From IMG/VR virus record IMGVR_UViG_3300014638_000001: a stretch of DNA of 22,211 nt, one strand, 5' to 3'. Positions within the stretch are counted from its first letter, which is position 1, and every line of letters begins with the position of its first letter. Below the pieces are notes generated by a model. That model was not told where the DNA came from. It did not search any database and was given only the letters and a program-made list of their open reading frames with translations. This DNA is from a virus. This document shows positions 1 to 8,810 of the stretch, in pieces. A program made the translations under genes and the position numbers.

Positions 1-57
1 GCTCGCCACTTTGACCACGGTTGGATCTGTGATCACGTATTCTTTGGTGTCAGGCAT
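1..57 (-). CDS. hypothetical protein, 5' part only (MPDTKEYVITDPTVVKVAS..., runs off the window start)
   Basis: ATG at 57 lies just downstream of the KTSC gene stop; open to position 1. Confidence 0.5.
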   Translation of the reverse strand, partial: MPDTKEYVITDPTVVKVAS

Positions 58-62
58 CGTCC

Positions 63-272
63 CTACACCTTCGATGCCGGCTTCTTGCCGCGGATGAGCT
101 GCCGGAAAAACCCGTTCTTACTGCCGGCCGCCATGAGCCCTTCGTAGAGCGCCTGATCGACCTGCTCGTATTCCCACAAAGCGCCGTCGTGGAACTCGAC
201 GCGGAGCCGCTCTTTGCCAGGATCGTAGCCGATCTTGGCGATGTTCGATGACGTGACTGCGATCATATCCAT
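63..272 (-). CDS. KTSC-domain protein
   Basis: 69 aa with the KTSC pattern V.SSNI..IGYD....LRVEF..G..WEY..V....YEGLM.A.SK..FF...IR. Confidence 0.9.
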   Translation of the reverse strand: MDMIAVTSSNIAKIGYDPGKERLRVEFHDGALWEYEQVDQALYEGLMAAGSKNGFFRQLIRGKKPASKV

Positions 273-275
273 GGC

Positions 276-629
276 TTAGACCTTTCTCTTTAAAAATTGC
301 TCGTGCAAATTGCCGGCGATGTCGCACACTGGTTCCTGGTTCCCTGGCCGCCGGCTAAGCCATGGCCTGAATTCCGGAAACCAGTTGCTTCCTTCTTCAA
401 TGTGGTAGAGTTTGTCATCTTGGTGTGGCGCAGGCACCACAGCGAAGGCTGGCAACTCGATGGAAGAACCGTCAAGCATTGCCAAAATGGAAAACGCTAG
501 ACCGTCGAAGCGATCACTCGTCGGGTTTTCGACGGTGCGCCAATAGTGGCAGAGGCTGTGTATGTATTGCAGGAACTTCTCGCGGACCTCGTCAGTGGTG
601 TATTGGCGCGGCTTAGGTTTTCTGGCCAT
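276..629 (-). CDS. hypothetical phage protein (MARKPKPRQYTTDEVREKFL...)
   Basis: ORF in a tightly packed run; start moved to ATG 629, which overlaps the upstream gene end. Confidence 0.75.
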   Translation of the reverse strand: MARKPKPRQYTTDEVREKFLQYIHSLCHYWRTVENPTSDRFDGLAFSILAMLDGSSIELPAFAVVPAPHQDDKLYHIEEGSNWFPEFRPWLSRRPGNQEPVCDIAGNLHEQFLKRKV

Positions 630-864
630 AGTTGCCCCCGATCGTTGCCTTGAACCGGTCGATGCGCGTTTTGATGTCCACATTCAACTTCGCTAGCATT
701 TGGCGCATCGCGGCAGGCTGATTGTGCTGGTCGATCCACATGTCTACGTCGGCGAGAGCTCGCGCGAGTGACGTCGTATCGTGACCGTGCGCTGTAAATT
801 CATGAATGGCGCGCTGAAGTTCGCCTTTCGTGCGTATCAGTGCCGTGTAGTATGCGTCAGGCAT
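613..864 (-). CDS. hypothetical protein
   Basis: 83-aa ORF packed between neighbours on the same strand. Confidence 0.7.
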   Translation of the reverse strand: MPDAYYTALIRTKGELQRAIHEFTAHGHDTTSLARALADVDMWIDQHNQPAAMRQMLAKLNVDIKTRIDRFKATIGGNYGQKT

Positions 865-866
865 GC

Positions 867-1064
867 TTACTTCTTCTTTCCGCGTGAGGTTTCCGTGACC
901 GCATACGGCGTTTGTGGTTGCACGTGGTAGGTCACGTTATTGTGGATCACGTACAAGTGGTCGATGCCAAAGGCTTCTTGGATCTTGAGCGCTTCACGGC
1001 AAAGTTGGTCCAGCGTAGCGCCGCCGTGCCCTTCGAGCGTGATTCTGTAAACGATATTAGGCAT
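867..1064 (-). CDS. hypothetical protein
   Basis: 65-aa ORF with AAGGAG SD; overlaps the upstream stop. Confidence 0.75.
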   Translation of the reverse strand: MPNIVYRITLEGHGGATLDQLCREALKIQEAFGIDHLYVIHNNVTYHVQPQTPYAVTETSRGKKK

Positions 1065-1302
1065 TTATTCTCCTTGCCCGCCGTCTTTTGATGCGTTCCT
1101 GCCGTTTCGCTTCGTGCTCCGCCATCACGGCGGCCCGGTAAGCCGCCTCATAGCCGAGCGTGAAGGACCTCCGGCAACCTTTCAGCCGGAGATCCATAAA
1201 GCCGGGGTGCAGTGTGACGATGACGGGCCTAAACTGGCGCCGCTCGCGGATGTTGGTCGCGGTTTCGCGCTTCACGTACTTGCCGGTGGTGAGCTGAGTC
1301 AT
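1057..1302 (-). CDS. hypothetical basic protein
   Basis: 81 aa with GGAGG SD; ATGA overlap with the upstream ORF. Confidence 0.75.
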   Translation of the reverse strand: MTQLTTGKYVKRETATNIRERRQFRPVIVTLHPGFMDLRLKGCRRSFTLGYEAAYRAAVMAEHEAKRQERIKRRRARRINA

Positions 1303-1403
1303 TTGTGCCTCCAGTATTGAGAGTAGTGGCAGTACGCGCGGATCAAGGTGCTAACCACGAGCAGCGCGGCGCCGATGATAATCAGCCAAATCGAAGTTTC
1401 CAT
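1299..1403 (-). CDS. small single-pass membrane peptide (METSIWLIIIGAALLVVSTLIRAYCHYSQYWRHK, 34 aa)
   Basis: Translated by hand (below the ORF-track cutoff); GGAGG SD; abuts the upstream stop and has an ATGA overlap downstream. Confidence 0.65.
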   Translation of the reverse strand: METSIWLIIIGAALLVVSTLIRAYCHYSQYWRHK

Positions 1404-1613
1404 TTACTGTGATCCTCCGAACATCACGTGACGTACAATTGCCGTCATGATCGGCGTTAGAATCGCCAAAATCAAGAGCAGCAGAGGGAAAAAGAGCGCA
1501 AAACCGCACATCCAGCCAAGGGCTTGCTTAACAGAGTGTCCAAAGATCGGATCATTTGCGCTGTCCGTGGCCCGTTGATGGGCATCGTCGTTAGATTTTT
1601 CTACCATTGCCAT
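1404..1613 (-). CDS. small membrane protein
   Basis: GGAGG SD before ATG 1613; hydrophobic C-terminal half. Confidence 0.7.
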   Translation of the reverse strand: MAMVEKSNDDAHQRATDSANDPIFGHSVKQALGWMCGFALFFPLLLLILAILTPIMTAIVRHVMFGGSQ

Positions 1614-1706
1614 TGCGTTTTTCCTCCAGTTGAAAAATCGGGGCACCCGGAGAGAGTGCCCCAAGTAACCCGGCGGAAGACTTCGCGAATCCCGCCGGGC
1701 AAACCG

Positions 1707-2897
1707 TTACGCCGCCAGCTTCTTGCTTTCTTTCAGCAAATCTTCCCAGTCTGTATCCGCCAGTTGGATGACCTGGCCGCCAGCACGTTCGAGCTCGGTA
1801 GAGCGCTCGTAATCCGAGACATCGCCAGCCAGCGCGGTAACAGCTTGCGCAAGGCCATACTGCGAGAGATCGGCGCCAGTGATGAGATTGGCTAGGATTT
1901 TGGCTTCCTCGTCATCGGTCAAGACGTAATCGTTCTTGATGACTTTGACGACGCTCACTGGGTTAGCGTCGATCGTACGTTTTGTGGATTCGTCAAGCTT
2001 GCCAGATATCTCCGCGAGCTTATTGGGGTCAAAATAGGCTTTCACCATGTCGCGAACTTTGCCGAAGAATGCGACATCATCGGCTTTACGGGTCTCATCG
2101 CTCAGCCACTCTTCAGGAAGCTGGCCACTGCCGCCACCAACCGCAACATCACCCGCCGCAAGATTTCCGCCGCGGCGCCAGGAACGCTTACCGATGTGAG
2201 TACGCCGGAAAGCGAAATCATCGATTATCATGCCATTTGAGCAGGCCAGCCGCTTCAGAAACGGCCCGACTACCAGCCGACCCATGCCGACCTCGGAATT
2301 CTGAATCAAGACGCCAGCTTCGATGATGTCGCCAACTTTTGGCTGGCAAGTGATTTTGTGCGAGGTGCACTTAATGTACAGCCTCGTTTCAGTCAATTCA
2401 CAGGAATCGATAACAGCGCCAACCTCGACCAGGGTGTCCTTGATGGCGATAACCAAATCGATATTGTCCAGCGGCCGGTAGATGTCTGAGAGAAACGCGC
2501 GAGCGTGGCCGTCGAGAGTCCGAATCATGCGCACCATGTTCGGGTTTTCGTGAGCTGATCTGTTGAGCCAAGTCTGCACGTTGTGGATGAGCAGCTCAGG
2601 CTCTTCAGTTCGCATCCGATCGTAATAAGGCTTCGGGATTCCGCAGAATTCGCGGAGCTGATCGTGAAACAGCTTGCGCATGTGGAACCTGCCGGTATCG
2701 CCAATTCGCATTGAGAACTGGACCGGCGGTCTATCCTCGGTGTTGCGGATGGCAGCATCCAGGTTATTGATGTTCTGTACTGCGCCTGCGTCGATCAGCA
2801 TTTGCAAGGTAGGTAGAGGAGCGAGATAGTCTTTCTTGGTTGCGGCTTGCCTAACCACTTCCTTGGCGAAGTCGGGGAATGTTCGTCCTACGTTCAT
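1707..2897 (-). CDS. DUF932/DUF945-type phage/plasmid protein
   Basis: 396 aa with GGAG SD; family-like motifs RTLDG.ARAFLSD.YRPLDN, GVLIQNSEVG.G, RLACSNGMI, RRTHIG. Confidence 0.8.
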   Translation of the reverse strand: MNVGRTFPDFAKEVVRQAATKKDYLAPLPTLQMLIDAGAVQNINNLDAAIRNTEDRPPVQFSMRIGDTGRFHMRKLFHDQLREFCGIPKPYYDRMRTEEPELLIHNVQTWLNRSAHENPNMVRMIRTLDGHARAFLSDIYRPLDNIDLVIAIKDTLVEVGAVIDSCELTETRLYIKCTSHKITCQPKVGDIIEAGVLIQNSEVGMGRLVVGPFLKRLACSNGMIIDDFAFRRTHIGKRSWRRGGNLAAGDVAVGGGSGQLPEEWLSDETRKADDVAFFGKVRDMVKAYFDPNKLAEISGKLDESTKRTIDANPVSVVKVIKNDYVLTDDEEAKILANLITGADLSQYGLAQAVTALAGDVSDYERSTELERAGGQVIQLADTDWEDLLKESKKLAA

Positions 2898-3147
2898 GTT
2901 ATTGTCTCCGTTAGTGTTATCTAAACTGCTCGTTTCAAAACGCTTGCGTTTTTGCAGCGCCGAGAAAAGAATCTCACAGCGCCGCGCTTTGTGTCAACAA
3001 AAATCGTGCAACCCGTTGAATCCCCAGCGAAAAACGGCGGCACCGCGCCGTCGAACTGCTTTGCATTTGCAGCGCGGCGCCGCCCAACTGGAGACAGGGT
3101 GGCGTATGATAGGCCGGGCTCACGGCCACCCACGCGGCCCGGTAAAG

Positions 3148-3333
3148 TCAAGCTCCGCCAGGTAAGAAGCCGCCCTTGGTAATCCAGCCATCGAGAGCCT
3201 CGACCAGCTCCGACATGCGGGTAACTTTAGTGGCATAGACATCGCATTCGTCCACTTCGTCGAAGTTCACCTCTAACTCAACCAGCTCGGCTGCCAGGGC
3301 CAGCAATTCACGTAAACATTCATCCGGGTCCAT
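3148..3333 (-). CDS. hypothetical protein (MDPDECLRELL...LDGWITKGGFLP)
   Basis: GGGAG SD before ATG 3333; operon packing. Confidence 0.7.
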   Translation of the reverse strand: MDPDECLRELLALAAELVELEVNFDEVDECDVYATKVTRMSELVEALDGWITKGGFLPGGA

Positions 3334-3335
3334 GA

Positions 3336-3623
3336 CTAATGTCTCCCTTCGTTGAAACATGGCCGGCAGATCTCCGCGCCATCAGGGCAGCCTACCAGCG
3401 ACCCAGTTGCGGCGCCGCAGTCGTCACACTGTTGCCGTTCCTCCTGGTCACGGATGCGCTGGGCATGGCGGATCGCGCCATCGAGCGATTTGAGAAAACT
3501 GCAATACTTGCGGTAAGTCCCGCGGGCGCCGGCTTCGAGTAGAATTGGCCGCATGTCGAGCGGCAGCCGACCGTAAGCGATGGAGAGCAGATCGCAGCGC
3601 TGTTGGCCAGTGGGTTTAGGCAT
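3336..3623 (-). CDS. hypothetical protein with a C-terminal Cys cluster (CDDC...CRPC, putative Zn finger)
   Basis: GGAGGA SD before ATG 3623. Confidence 0.7.
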   Translation of the reverse strand: MPKPTGQQRCDLLSIAYGRLPLDMRPILLEAGARGTYRKYCSFLKSLDGAIRHAQRIRDQEERQQCDDCGAATGSLVGCPDGAEICRPCFNEGRH

Positions 3624-4080
3624 GTGGTTCCTCCAGTGGTGCTGGTGAAATATGGATGATCTTTCTGACGGCTGCGGCATTCCAGATGCAGCCGCTTGCG
3701 CAGTCCCACGGATAATACCAATCGACGCCAGGATAAAGCCTTCGACCCCAAAGGTATGGCGCGATGATAATGCCGTGGTGTTGTGTAGCAATCTTCGGCC
3801 AGTCCATCCGATAGCTGCCAAGGCCATATTGCTCGGTAAGTGTGTCGAGATCGCTGGCATTACGGATTCGCAAGATATTGGCTCCCTTGTGGAGGAGTAT
3901 CCGGCTTGCGTGGGTTAATTTGTCCAGAGCGAACCCTTCGTTGAGGCACCATCCCTTCCAGTCAGCAGGCCCGTCCACTGATACCCATAAGCCGGTTGGT
4001 TTGAAGTATATTTCCTGCTTGGCAATCGGCGTCGAATAGATTGTTGTCAGCGGTTTATCGCTGTAGTGGGTAAGACTCAC
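3616..4080 (-). CDS. conserved viral hypothetical protein, possibly ADP-ribosyltransferase-like fold
   Basis: 154 aa; H-Y-S near the N-terminus, KPTGLWVS, WD.ASGCIWN; the fold call is inference. Confidence 0.7.
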   Translation of the reverse strand: MSLTHYSDKPLTTIYSTPIAKQEIYFKPTGLWVSVDGPADWKGWCLNEGFALDKLTHASRILLHKGANILRIRNASDLDTLTEQYGLGSYRMDWPKIATQHHGIIIAPYLWGRRLYPGVDWYYPWDCASGCIWNAAAVRKIIHISPAPLEEPHA

Positions 4081-4280
4081 TGGCCCTCCAGTTTTGACAG
4101 CCGTGTTTCGTGGCTAGTGAGCAGATCGTAAGCCCGATCGAGAGATCGGGCCACGGTTTGCAACGCACCGGCGATAGTCTGGATGGCAGCGTTGGTGCTG
4201 CGCTCGTTATCGCGGTGCATGTGGGCAAGCAGCTCGACAGACTGCGTGAGCGCTTCGATGCGTTGGTCGATATCAGCCAT
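4077..4280 (-). CDS. small coiled-coil protein
   Basis: 67 aa with a heptad pattern; overlaps both neighbours. Confidence 0.7.
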   Translation of the reverse strand: MADIDQRIEALTQSVELLAHMHRDNERSTNAAIQTIAGALQTVARSLDRAYDLLTSHETRLSKLEGQ

Positions 4281-4767
4281 TCCATTCCGCCGCGGTCAGG
4301 AAACGCTGCGCCTCCGTTGCTAGTGCATAGGCATTGTCGGGCGAGTAAGTCTTCGCCAAGCCAAGGTCAACCCACTTCGCGTCGCCATTGGGATTCTCTT
4401 TGCTCATATGTTGCTGGACCATGGCGCCGATGTGGATGTAAAAGCCTTCAGATCCACCTTCGACCACGAAGGCAATGAGGTGCCACCACTTTTCAGGCAA
4501 GCGTGGCTCAGGTGCGCCGTATAACGGCCGCCAAGAATCGAAGCCGTATTCATCGGGCTGCAAGCCTTTAGATTTGCAGTACGCTGTCACGGCTTTGCAT
4601 AGCTCGCGACACGTCGCCGTGGTGACTTTCTTGACGATGCAGTCTTTGCCGAGATCGGCCTTGTGTACCGCGGCGTCGGCGTCAGCGTGCCAGTTGAAGG
4701 TGCCGACAGGCGTCTCGAAGACTGTGACCCGCGGCTTGAAGTCTGTGACCATTTCGGCGCTAGTCAT
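4273..4767 (-). CDS. hypothetical protein
   Basis: Long ORF; ATG 4767 overlaps the upstream stop (alternative start 4752). Confidence 0.7.
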   Translation of the reverse strand: MTSAEMVTDFKPRVTVFETPVGTFNWHADADAAVHKADLGKDCIVKKVTTATCRELCKAVTAYCKSKGLQPDEYGFDSWRPLYGAPEPRLPEKWWHLIAFVVEGGSEGFYIHIGAMVQQHMSKENPNGDAKWVDLGLAKTYSPDNAYALATEAQRFLTAAEWNG

Positions 4768-5071
4768 GGGCCACCGACTTGACGTCGTCATACGCCAGCG
4801 TGCCGTCTTCAATATTGGCTTCCACGGCCGTGCGCAGGACCACCGCCTTCGGCCCTATCCAGGTAAGCAGGTGTTCGTTTGACTCCTCGACCAAGCGGGC
4901 GGTCTTGAGCAAGCCAATGATTTGTTCGTAGCGATCCAGGCGCATTTGGTCCATGAGACGCGCGTAGAGCGTGCCGGAAGGCACTGAGCCAAGCTCCTGA
5001 ATGGCTTCGCCCACAGCGTGCACAATCTGCAACGCTGCGAAGATTTGTTGTTGCCGGTCAACGTGTTGCAT
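4760..5071 (-). CDS. hypothetical protein, possibly winged-helix
   Basis: GGAG SD before ATG 5071; helical region followed by LVEE..HLLTWIG, a wing-like pattern. Confidence 0.65.
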   Translation of the reverse strand: MQHVDRQQQIFAALQIVHAVGEAIQELGSVPSGTLYARLMDQMRLDRYEQIIGLLKTARLVEESNEHLLTWIGPKAVVLRTAVEANIEDGTLAYDDVKSVAHD

Positions 5072-5257
5072 TGTCTTTGTCTCCAGTGTTGAGTGTTTCG
5101 CAGCGTCCAACGTGCAGCGCTGCACCGTGCGATTCGATTGTAACCGAAACGCAAGCGTTTCGAGCGAAAAAAGTCCGGATCGCGTTGATTCTGCTCGCAA
5201 AAAAGCGTGTCGGAACCGAACGTGCATCGCGCGTGCACGTGCTATACTGTTACTGTC

Positions 5258-5923
5258 ATGTCACGAGAGATTGTACCAGTGTTAGTCCCGGTCGTGTTGC
5301 CGACGATCGAGCCGATCAAGTCAACGGATTACAAGGTCAACCCGATCACTGGATGCTGGATCTGGTTAAAGCATTCTGATCCAGAAGGCTATGCGCTCGA
5401 TGACTTTGGCCGGTTTATCGAGCGCCAAGTCTACCGTGAGCACAAAGGCGAGATCCCGGACGGCTATGAGATCGATCATCTGTGCTGGCATCCGAGGTGT
5501 ATCAATCCAGAGCACTTACAGGCTATTACCGGTGTGGAAAACAACCGCGCAAAGCCGACAAATGTGCTCACAATGGAGAAGGCGAAGCAGATCCGTGAGA
5601 AGGCTGCTGCTGGCGTGCCGACCGTAGCCCTAGTGCAAGAATTCGGCGCCGCGCCATCAACTATCCGCAGTGTGCTGCACAACGTGAGTTGGACTGACCC
5701 GGACTACAAGCCAGTTTTGAACTATCACAGCAAGCGAGAAGCTAACCCGCGGACCGTGCGAAGAGTTCGAGCACTTCGCGCAGGCGGGATGTCTTACGGT
5801 GAGATCGTAGACCAGACGCACATCAGGCGCAGCAAAGTGATCGCATACTGCTCTGGTCGATACCTCGGCGAAGAGTTCAACACAGTCTTCACCGACGCAT
5901 CGCCTAGCCAAAAGATAGACTAA
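5258..5923 (+). CDS. HNH homing-type endonuclease with C-terminal HTH-like repeats
   Basis: GCWIW...GY...IPDGYEIDHLCWHPRCINPEHLQAIT..ENN motif; TGcTATACT extended -10 at 5240-5248. Confidence 0.85.
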   Translation: MSREIVPVLVPVVLPTIEPIKSTDYKVNPITGCWIWLKHSDPEGYALDDFGRFIERQVYREHKGEIPDGYEIDHLCWHPRCINPEHLQAITGVENNRAKPTNVLTMEKAKQIREKAAAGVPTVALVQEFGAAPSTIRSVLHNVSWTDPDYKPVLNYHSKREANPRTVRRVRALRAGGMSYGEIVDQTHIRRSKVIAYCSGRYLGEEFNTVFTDASPSQKID

Positions 5924-5924
5924 C

Positions 5925-5953
5925 TTGACAAGTGGCAAATCTGGCGTTATGCT
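5925..5953 (+). promoter_or_regulatory. sigma70-type promoter TTGACA-17-TATGCT
   Basis: Near-consensus boxes with ideal spacing, in an intergenic region. Confidence 0.7.
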
Positions 5954-6024
5954 GAGGCAGCCAAGCCGAGCTCGCTCGGATTGGCTGGTCCAGCCCTAGT
6001 TTAGACACACTTCACCCCTGTGTT

Positions 6025-6040
6025 ACTCCCATATGGGAGT
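6025..6040. repeat. 16-bp palindrome ACTCCCATATGGGAGT (copy 1 of 4)
   Basis: Perfect palindrome; related copies at 10940, 12754, 18429. Confidence 0.85.
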
Positions 6041-6257
6041 GTTTTTGCCCTGGTTTGACGTGGTTTCGAGGGTGTTTCGGTAGGCTTTCGGCAGGTCTGT
6101 TTCGATTCGGGACGCTGGGACAAACAAAAACCCCAATGACCAGCTCACGCCAGTATCGGGGTTCTTGCGAGGTAATGATGTTCCTGAGGATTTGCTACTC
6201 AGGACTGGGTACAGCTTGGCTGGCAGTCTATCACCACGGCTGCCAGCCGTCAAGAGT

Positions 6258-6578
6258 CTACTGGCGGGTGAGCTTACGTGAAACCTGCACTCCGTCAACC
6301 GTGCGCATTTCAGCCACGTGTTCATGCTTGGCGATAAACGCCTTGATTTCAGCGCTGTAGCCAAGTAGACGTTCCCACTGCTCGGAGTAGAGCGTGACGG
6401 GGAATCGTCCCAGGCCATAGACGGACAAGGCCCCTTTCTCCGAGACGTGCGGAGTTAGAGTGCCAGCCGTGGTAGACTTGGCCGCTTTGGCCCTAAGTGC
6501 CGCATTTTCAGCCTTCAAGCGCTCAATCTCCGATTGCACGGGGTCTACCGGTTTGCCCAGGGGCACGGTCGAAACCAT
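6258..6578 (-). CDS. conserved hypothetical protein (VSEKGALSVYGLGRFPVTLY family, possible nucleic-acid binder)
   Basis: N-terminal coiled coil plus a recognisable conserved motif; function unconfirmed. Confidence 0.75.
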   Translation of the reverse strand: MVSTVPLGKPVDPVQSEIERLKAENAALRAKAAKSTTAGTLTPHVSEKGALSVYGLGRFPVTLYSEQWERLLGYSAEIKAFIAKHEHVAEMRTVDGVQVSRKLTRQ

Positions 6579-6598
6579 GCCCCTGGCGCAAGCCCACT

Positions 6599-6823
6599 TC
6601 AGTCTTTCATCTCACGAATTCGCTGAACTGCAGTGCTGTAACAGAACAACGCATCCGAACGTGAGCAGTCCGGGCATCTGTGGCCATGGGCGGGCACTGC
6701 TAACTGGCCAAGGCGTGCCAAGTTTTCCTGCATAATTGCAAAACCAGTGCTGTTGTGTCGATCGAGCTTGGCAACCGAAATCATTATCTCGATAGCCTCA
6801 GCCTTCGTCATTATCGCTTTCAT
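6599..6823 (-). CDS. hypothetical protein
   Basis: GGAGG SD; 74 aa. Confidence 0.65.
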   Translation of the reverse strand: MKAIMTKAEAIEIMISVAKLDRHNSTGFAIMQENLARLGQLAVPAHGHRCPDCSRSDALFCYSTAVQRIREMKD

Positions 6824-7274
6824 AAAATGCCTCCAGTGTGGTTAGTGAGCTTACGCTCGATGCCAATGCCATGCCGCGGTTACCCCGTCGGCGCCAAACT
6901 GCCATGCGAAAACCCTTGTCAGCATTCCGAGACTTCACACCCTGCCATCAACCGTGCAGTGGCAATAGCATCAGCCAAGTCTGTCGTGAAGTACACCCCC
7001 TTCCGACGCCGAAACCCTATCCCCCCTGGTTTGATGGGGTACGGCATGGCTACGAGGTATTCTTGCGTGTCCGGTAGCCATGTCAGACTGCCCCCTAGAC
7101 CACGCACGTGGCGCTTGGCGTCGATGAACCGAGTCCCACCGCGCCCACTGTGGTGTCTAACCCCCAGCCCGTGGCCCATGTCTTGTGCCTGTCCTCCCAT
7201 CGCGTTGATTCCGTTACCGTTCTCCATCCGTGCCGCACTCCGTTTTGCGGTGACCCCACTATGCGGCAGACTGC

Positions 7275-7308
7275 GAACGACTTGCAAGCGATTGCTTGCA
7301 AGTCGTTC
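7275..7308. repeat. perfect 15-bp inverted repeat GAACGACTTGCAAGC-gatt-GCTTGCAAGTCGTTC
   Basis: Read directly from the sequence. Confidence 0.9.
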
Positions 7309-7562
7309 AATCGGCGGCAGATATAGTTCGCTTGACAACCCCGTGGCAGGCGATCGGCAGTAAGAGAACGCGCGTGCGGGGTCAGGCTACTGCCGGTAGT
7401 GCAGGCTCGAGCTGGGAGGCACAGGGGGTGGGGGTAACCCCGCGCGCGGCGCGTGAAAGAGCGATCGGTTCCACGGCGCCATCTGAATATCATTCACAAA
7501 ATCAAAATGAAACTTGAATATCGACCCAGAAATCACATTTTGAATATTTTTTCGAAATCAAC

Positions 7563-7591
7563 TTGTATATCGCCGTTGGCGGAAGTACACT
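7563..7591 (+). promoter_or_regulatory. putative promoter TTGTAT-17-TACACT for the rightward gene run
   Basis: Downstream of an AT-rich tract and upstream of ATG 7618. Confidence 0.5.
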
Positions 7592-7617
7592 TTGATTTCC
7601 GAAGCGATAATCAACAT

Positions 7618-8031
7618 ATGGGTGGAAAACGCGAAGGGGCGGGGCGGCCGAAGAAGGAAGTCGGGGAGCGGATAGCGGAGCAATTAGGGCGGTTAGTGAG
7701 TGTGTTGGAGGAGTTACGTGACCGAGGAGGGATGGATGTGGTTGGTGATGGCGTTAGCGACGATCGGGTCGGTGGGGATCCTGGCGGTCGTGGTGACGTC
7801 GATCACGCACGAGCTGGAGCGGATCGCGGTGGCACTGGAGACCTTGGCGCGGGTGGGGGTACTGGGGTCGCCGGTGGCGCGGGGCGGGGAGATGGCAGTG
7901 AAGTATCAGAGCCAGCAGGTAGGGTTGCCAAGCGAGAGCGGCGGGGGAAGCCGGTTTTCGGGCACGTAGAGGGGCGGGAAGACGTGGTGAAGGACGTGCC
8001 GTGGGAGCCTGGGGATAGCGGAGGGGCCTAG
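7618..8031 (+). CDS. Gly-rich hypothetical protein with an N-terminal GGKREGAGRPKK motif
   Basis: GG.R.GAGRP N-termini are common in small phage DNA-binding proteins; the rest is low-complexity. Confidence 0.55.
   Translation: MGGKREGAGRPKKEVGERIAEQLGRLVSVLEELRDRGGMDVVGDGVSDDRVGGDPGGRGDVDHARAGADRGGTGDLGAGGGTGVAGGAGRGDGSEVSEPAGRVAKRERRGKPVFGHVEGREDVVKDVPWEPGDSGGA
7736..7969 (+). CDS. nested-frame small membrane protein (MWLVMALATIGSVGILAVVV...LERIAVALE)
   Basis: GAGGAGG SD 5 nt before ATG 7736; TM helix followed by an amphipathic helix. Confidence 0.5.
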   Translation: MWLVMALATIGSVGILAVVVTSITHELERIAVALETLARVGVLGSPVARGGEMAVKYQSQQVGLPSESGGGSRFSGT

Positions 8032-8100
8032 ACTTCGGGGTGAGTTGGCGGGAGCCCTGGAGCGGACCGCCGTTTGCGCCTGAAGAATCGCGAGGGTTTA

Positions 8101-8427
8101 GTGGAAGTCCAATACAAGTCGAAAAACGGCCGGCTGCTCTTTAAGATCGAAGGTGCCGGGCCGAAAGAGCTCTTCAAGGGAATCGCCGCGGTGCAGGAAG
8201 TCTTCGAGATCGACGACACCTGTGGGTGCTGTAAGTCGAATGACGTCGTCTTCCGTGTGCGGACGATCGACAACAATGATTTCTACGAGATTGCTTGCCG
8301 GGCCTGTCATGCGCAGTTGTCCTACGGGCAGCGCAAGACCGGCGGCGGTTTGTGGGTGAAGCGGTTGGATGAGGAGAAGCGGCCGCTGCCGGATCGTGGC
8401 TGGTCAGTTTACCGCGGAGGGGCCTAA
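8101..8427 (+). CDS. Zn-ribbon protein (CGCC...CRAC)
   Basis: GAGGG SD before GTG 8101. Confidence 0.75.
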   Translation: MEVQYKSKNGRLLFKIEGAGPKELFKGIAAVQEVFEIDDTCGCCKSNDVVFRVRTIDNNDFYEIACRACHAQLSYGQRKTGGGLWVKRLDEEKRPLPDRGWSVYRGGA

Positions 8428-8810
8428 TGCCCTCACTTTTATTAGCCGACTTCAGCGATGATGAATTGGACGGTGAACTCCGTCATCGCCAGAACGCGAG
8501 ACGGATCACAGTAGAAGATCAGCGGCGGGCTGGGCTACACTCGAAGATTCCGGCGTGCTGTGTCGACTTTTTCTGTAAATATCTGTCTGTCGAATCACAG
8601 ACTTGCAGCCGCATTGAGTTGTATCGCGAAGCTGTGTTTGTGAGTAATTGGCAAGGGCAATACTTCCCGTGTTTTGATTGTTGGGTACACGATCGGCATG
8701 TGGAAATTCACGAGTGTGATGATTCGCGGGCGTGCCGTGAGCTGTTGGTGCCGGGGAAGAAGCCGCGGGCGAAAGTCAGACAGGGGCATTCTGGTATAGG
8801 GACGAGATGA
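8427..8810 (+). CDS. Cys-rich hypothetical protein
   Basis: TAATG coupling with the upstream gene; GGAGG SD. Confidence 0.7.
   Translation: MPSLLLADFSDDELDGELRHRQNARRITVEDQRRAGLHSKIPACCVDFFCKYLSVESQTCSRIELYREAVFVSNWQGQYFPCFDCWVHDRHVEIHECDDSRACRELLVPGKKPRAKVRQGHSGIGTR

Noticed and set aside
7332-7337. TTGACA as a promoter -35
   Set aside because: No acceptable -10 box at 16-18 bp
6755-7517. ORFs in the switch region (6755-7363 +, 6919-7338 -, 7095-7493 -)
   Set aside because: No SD, compositionally biased translations, mutual overlap; the region looks non-coding
7618-8031. Calling this ORF a terminase small subunit
   Set aside because: Only the short GGKREGAGRP motif matches, and no large terminase follows
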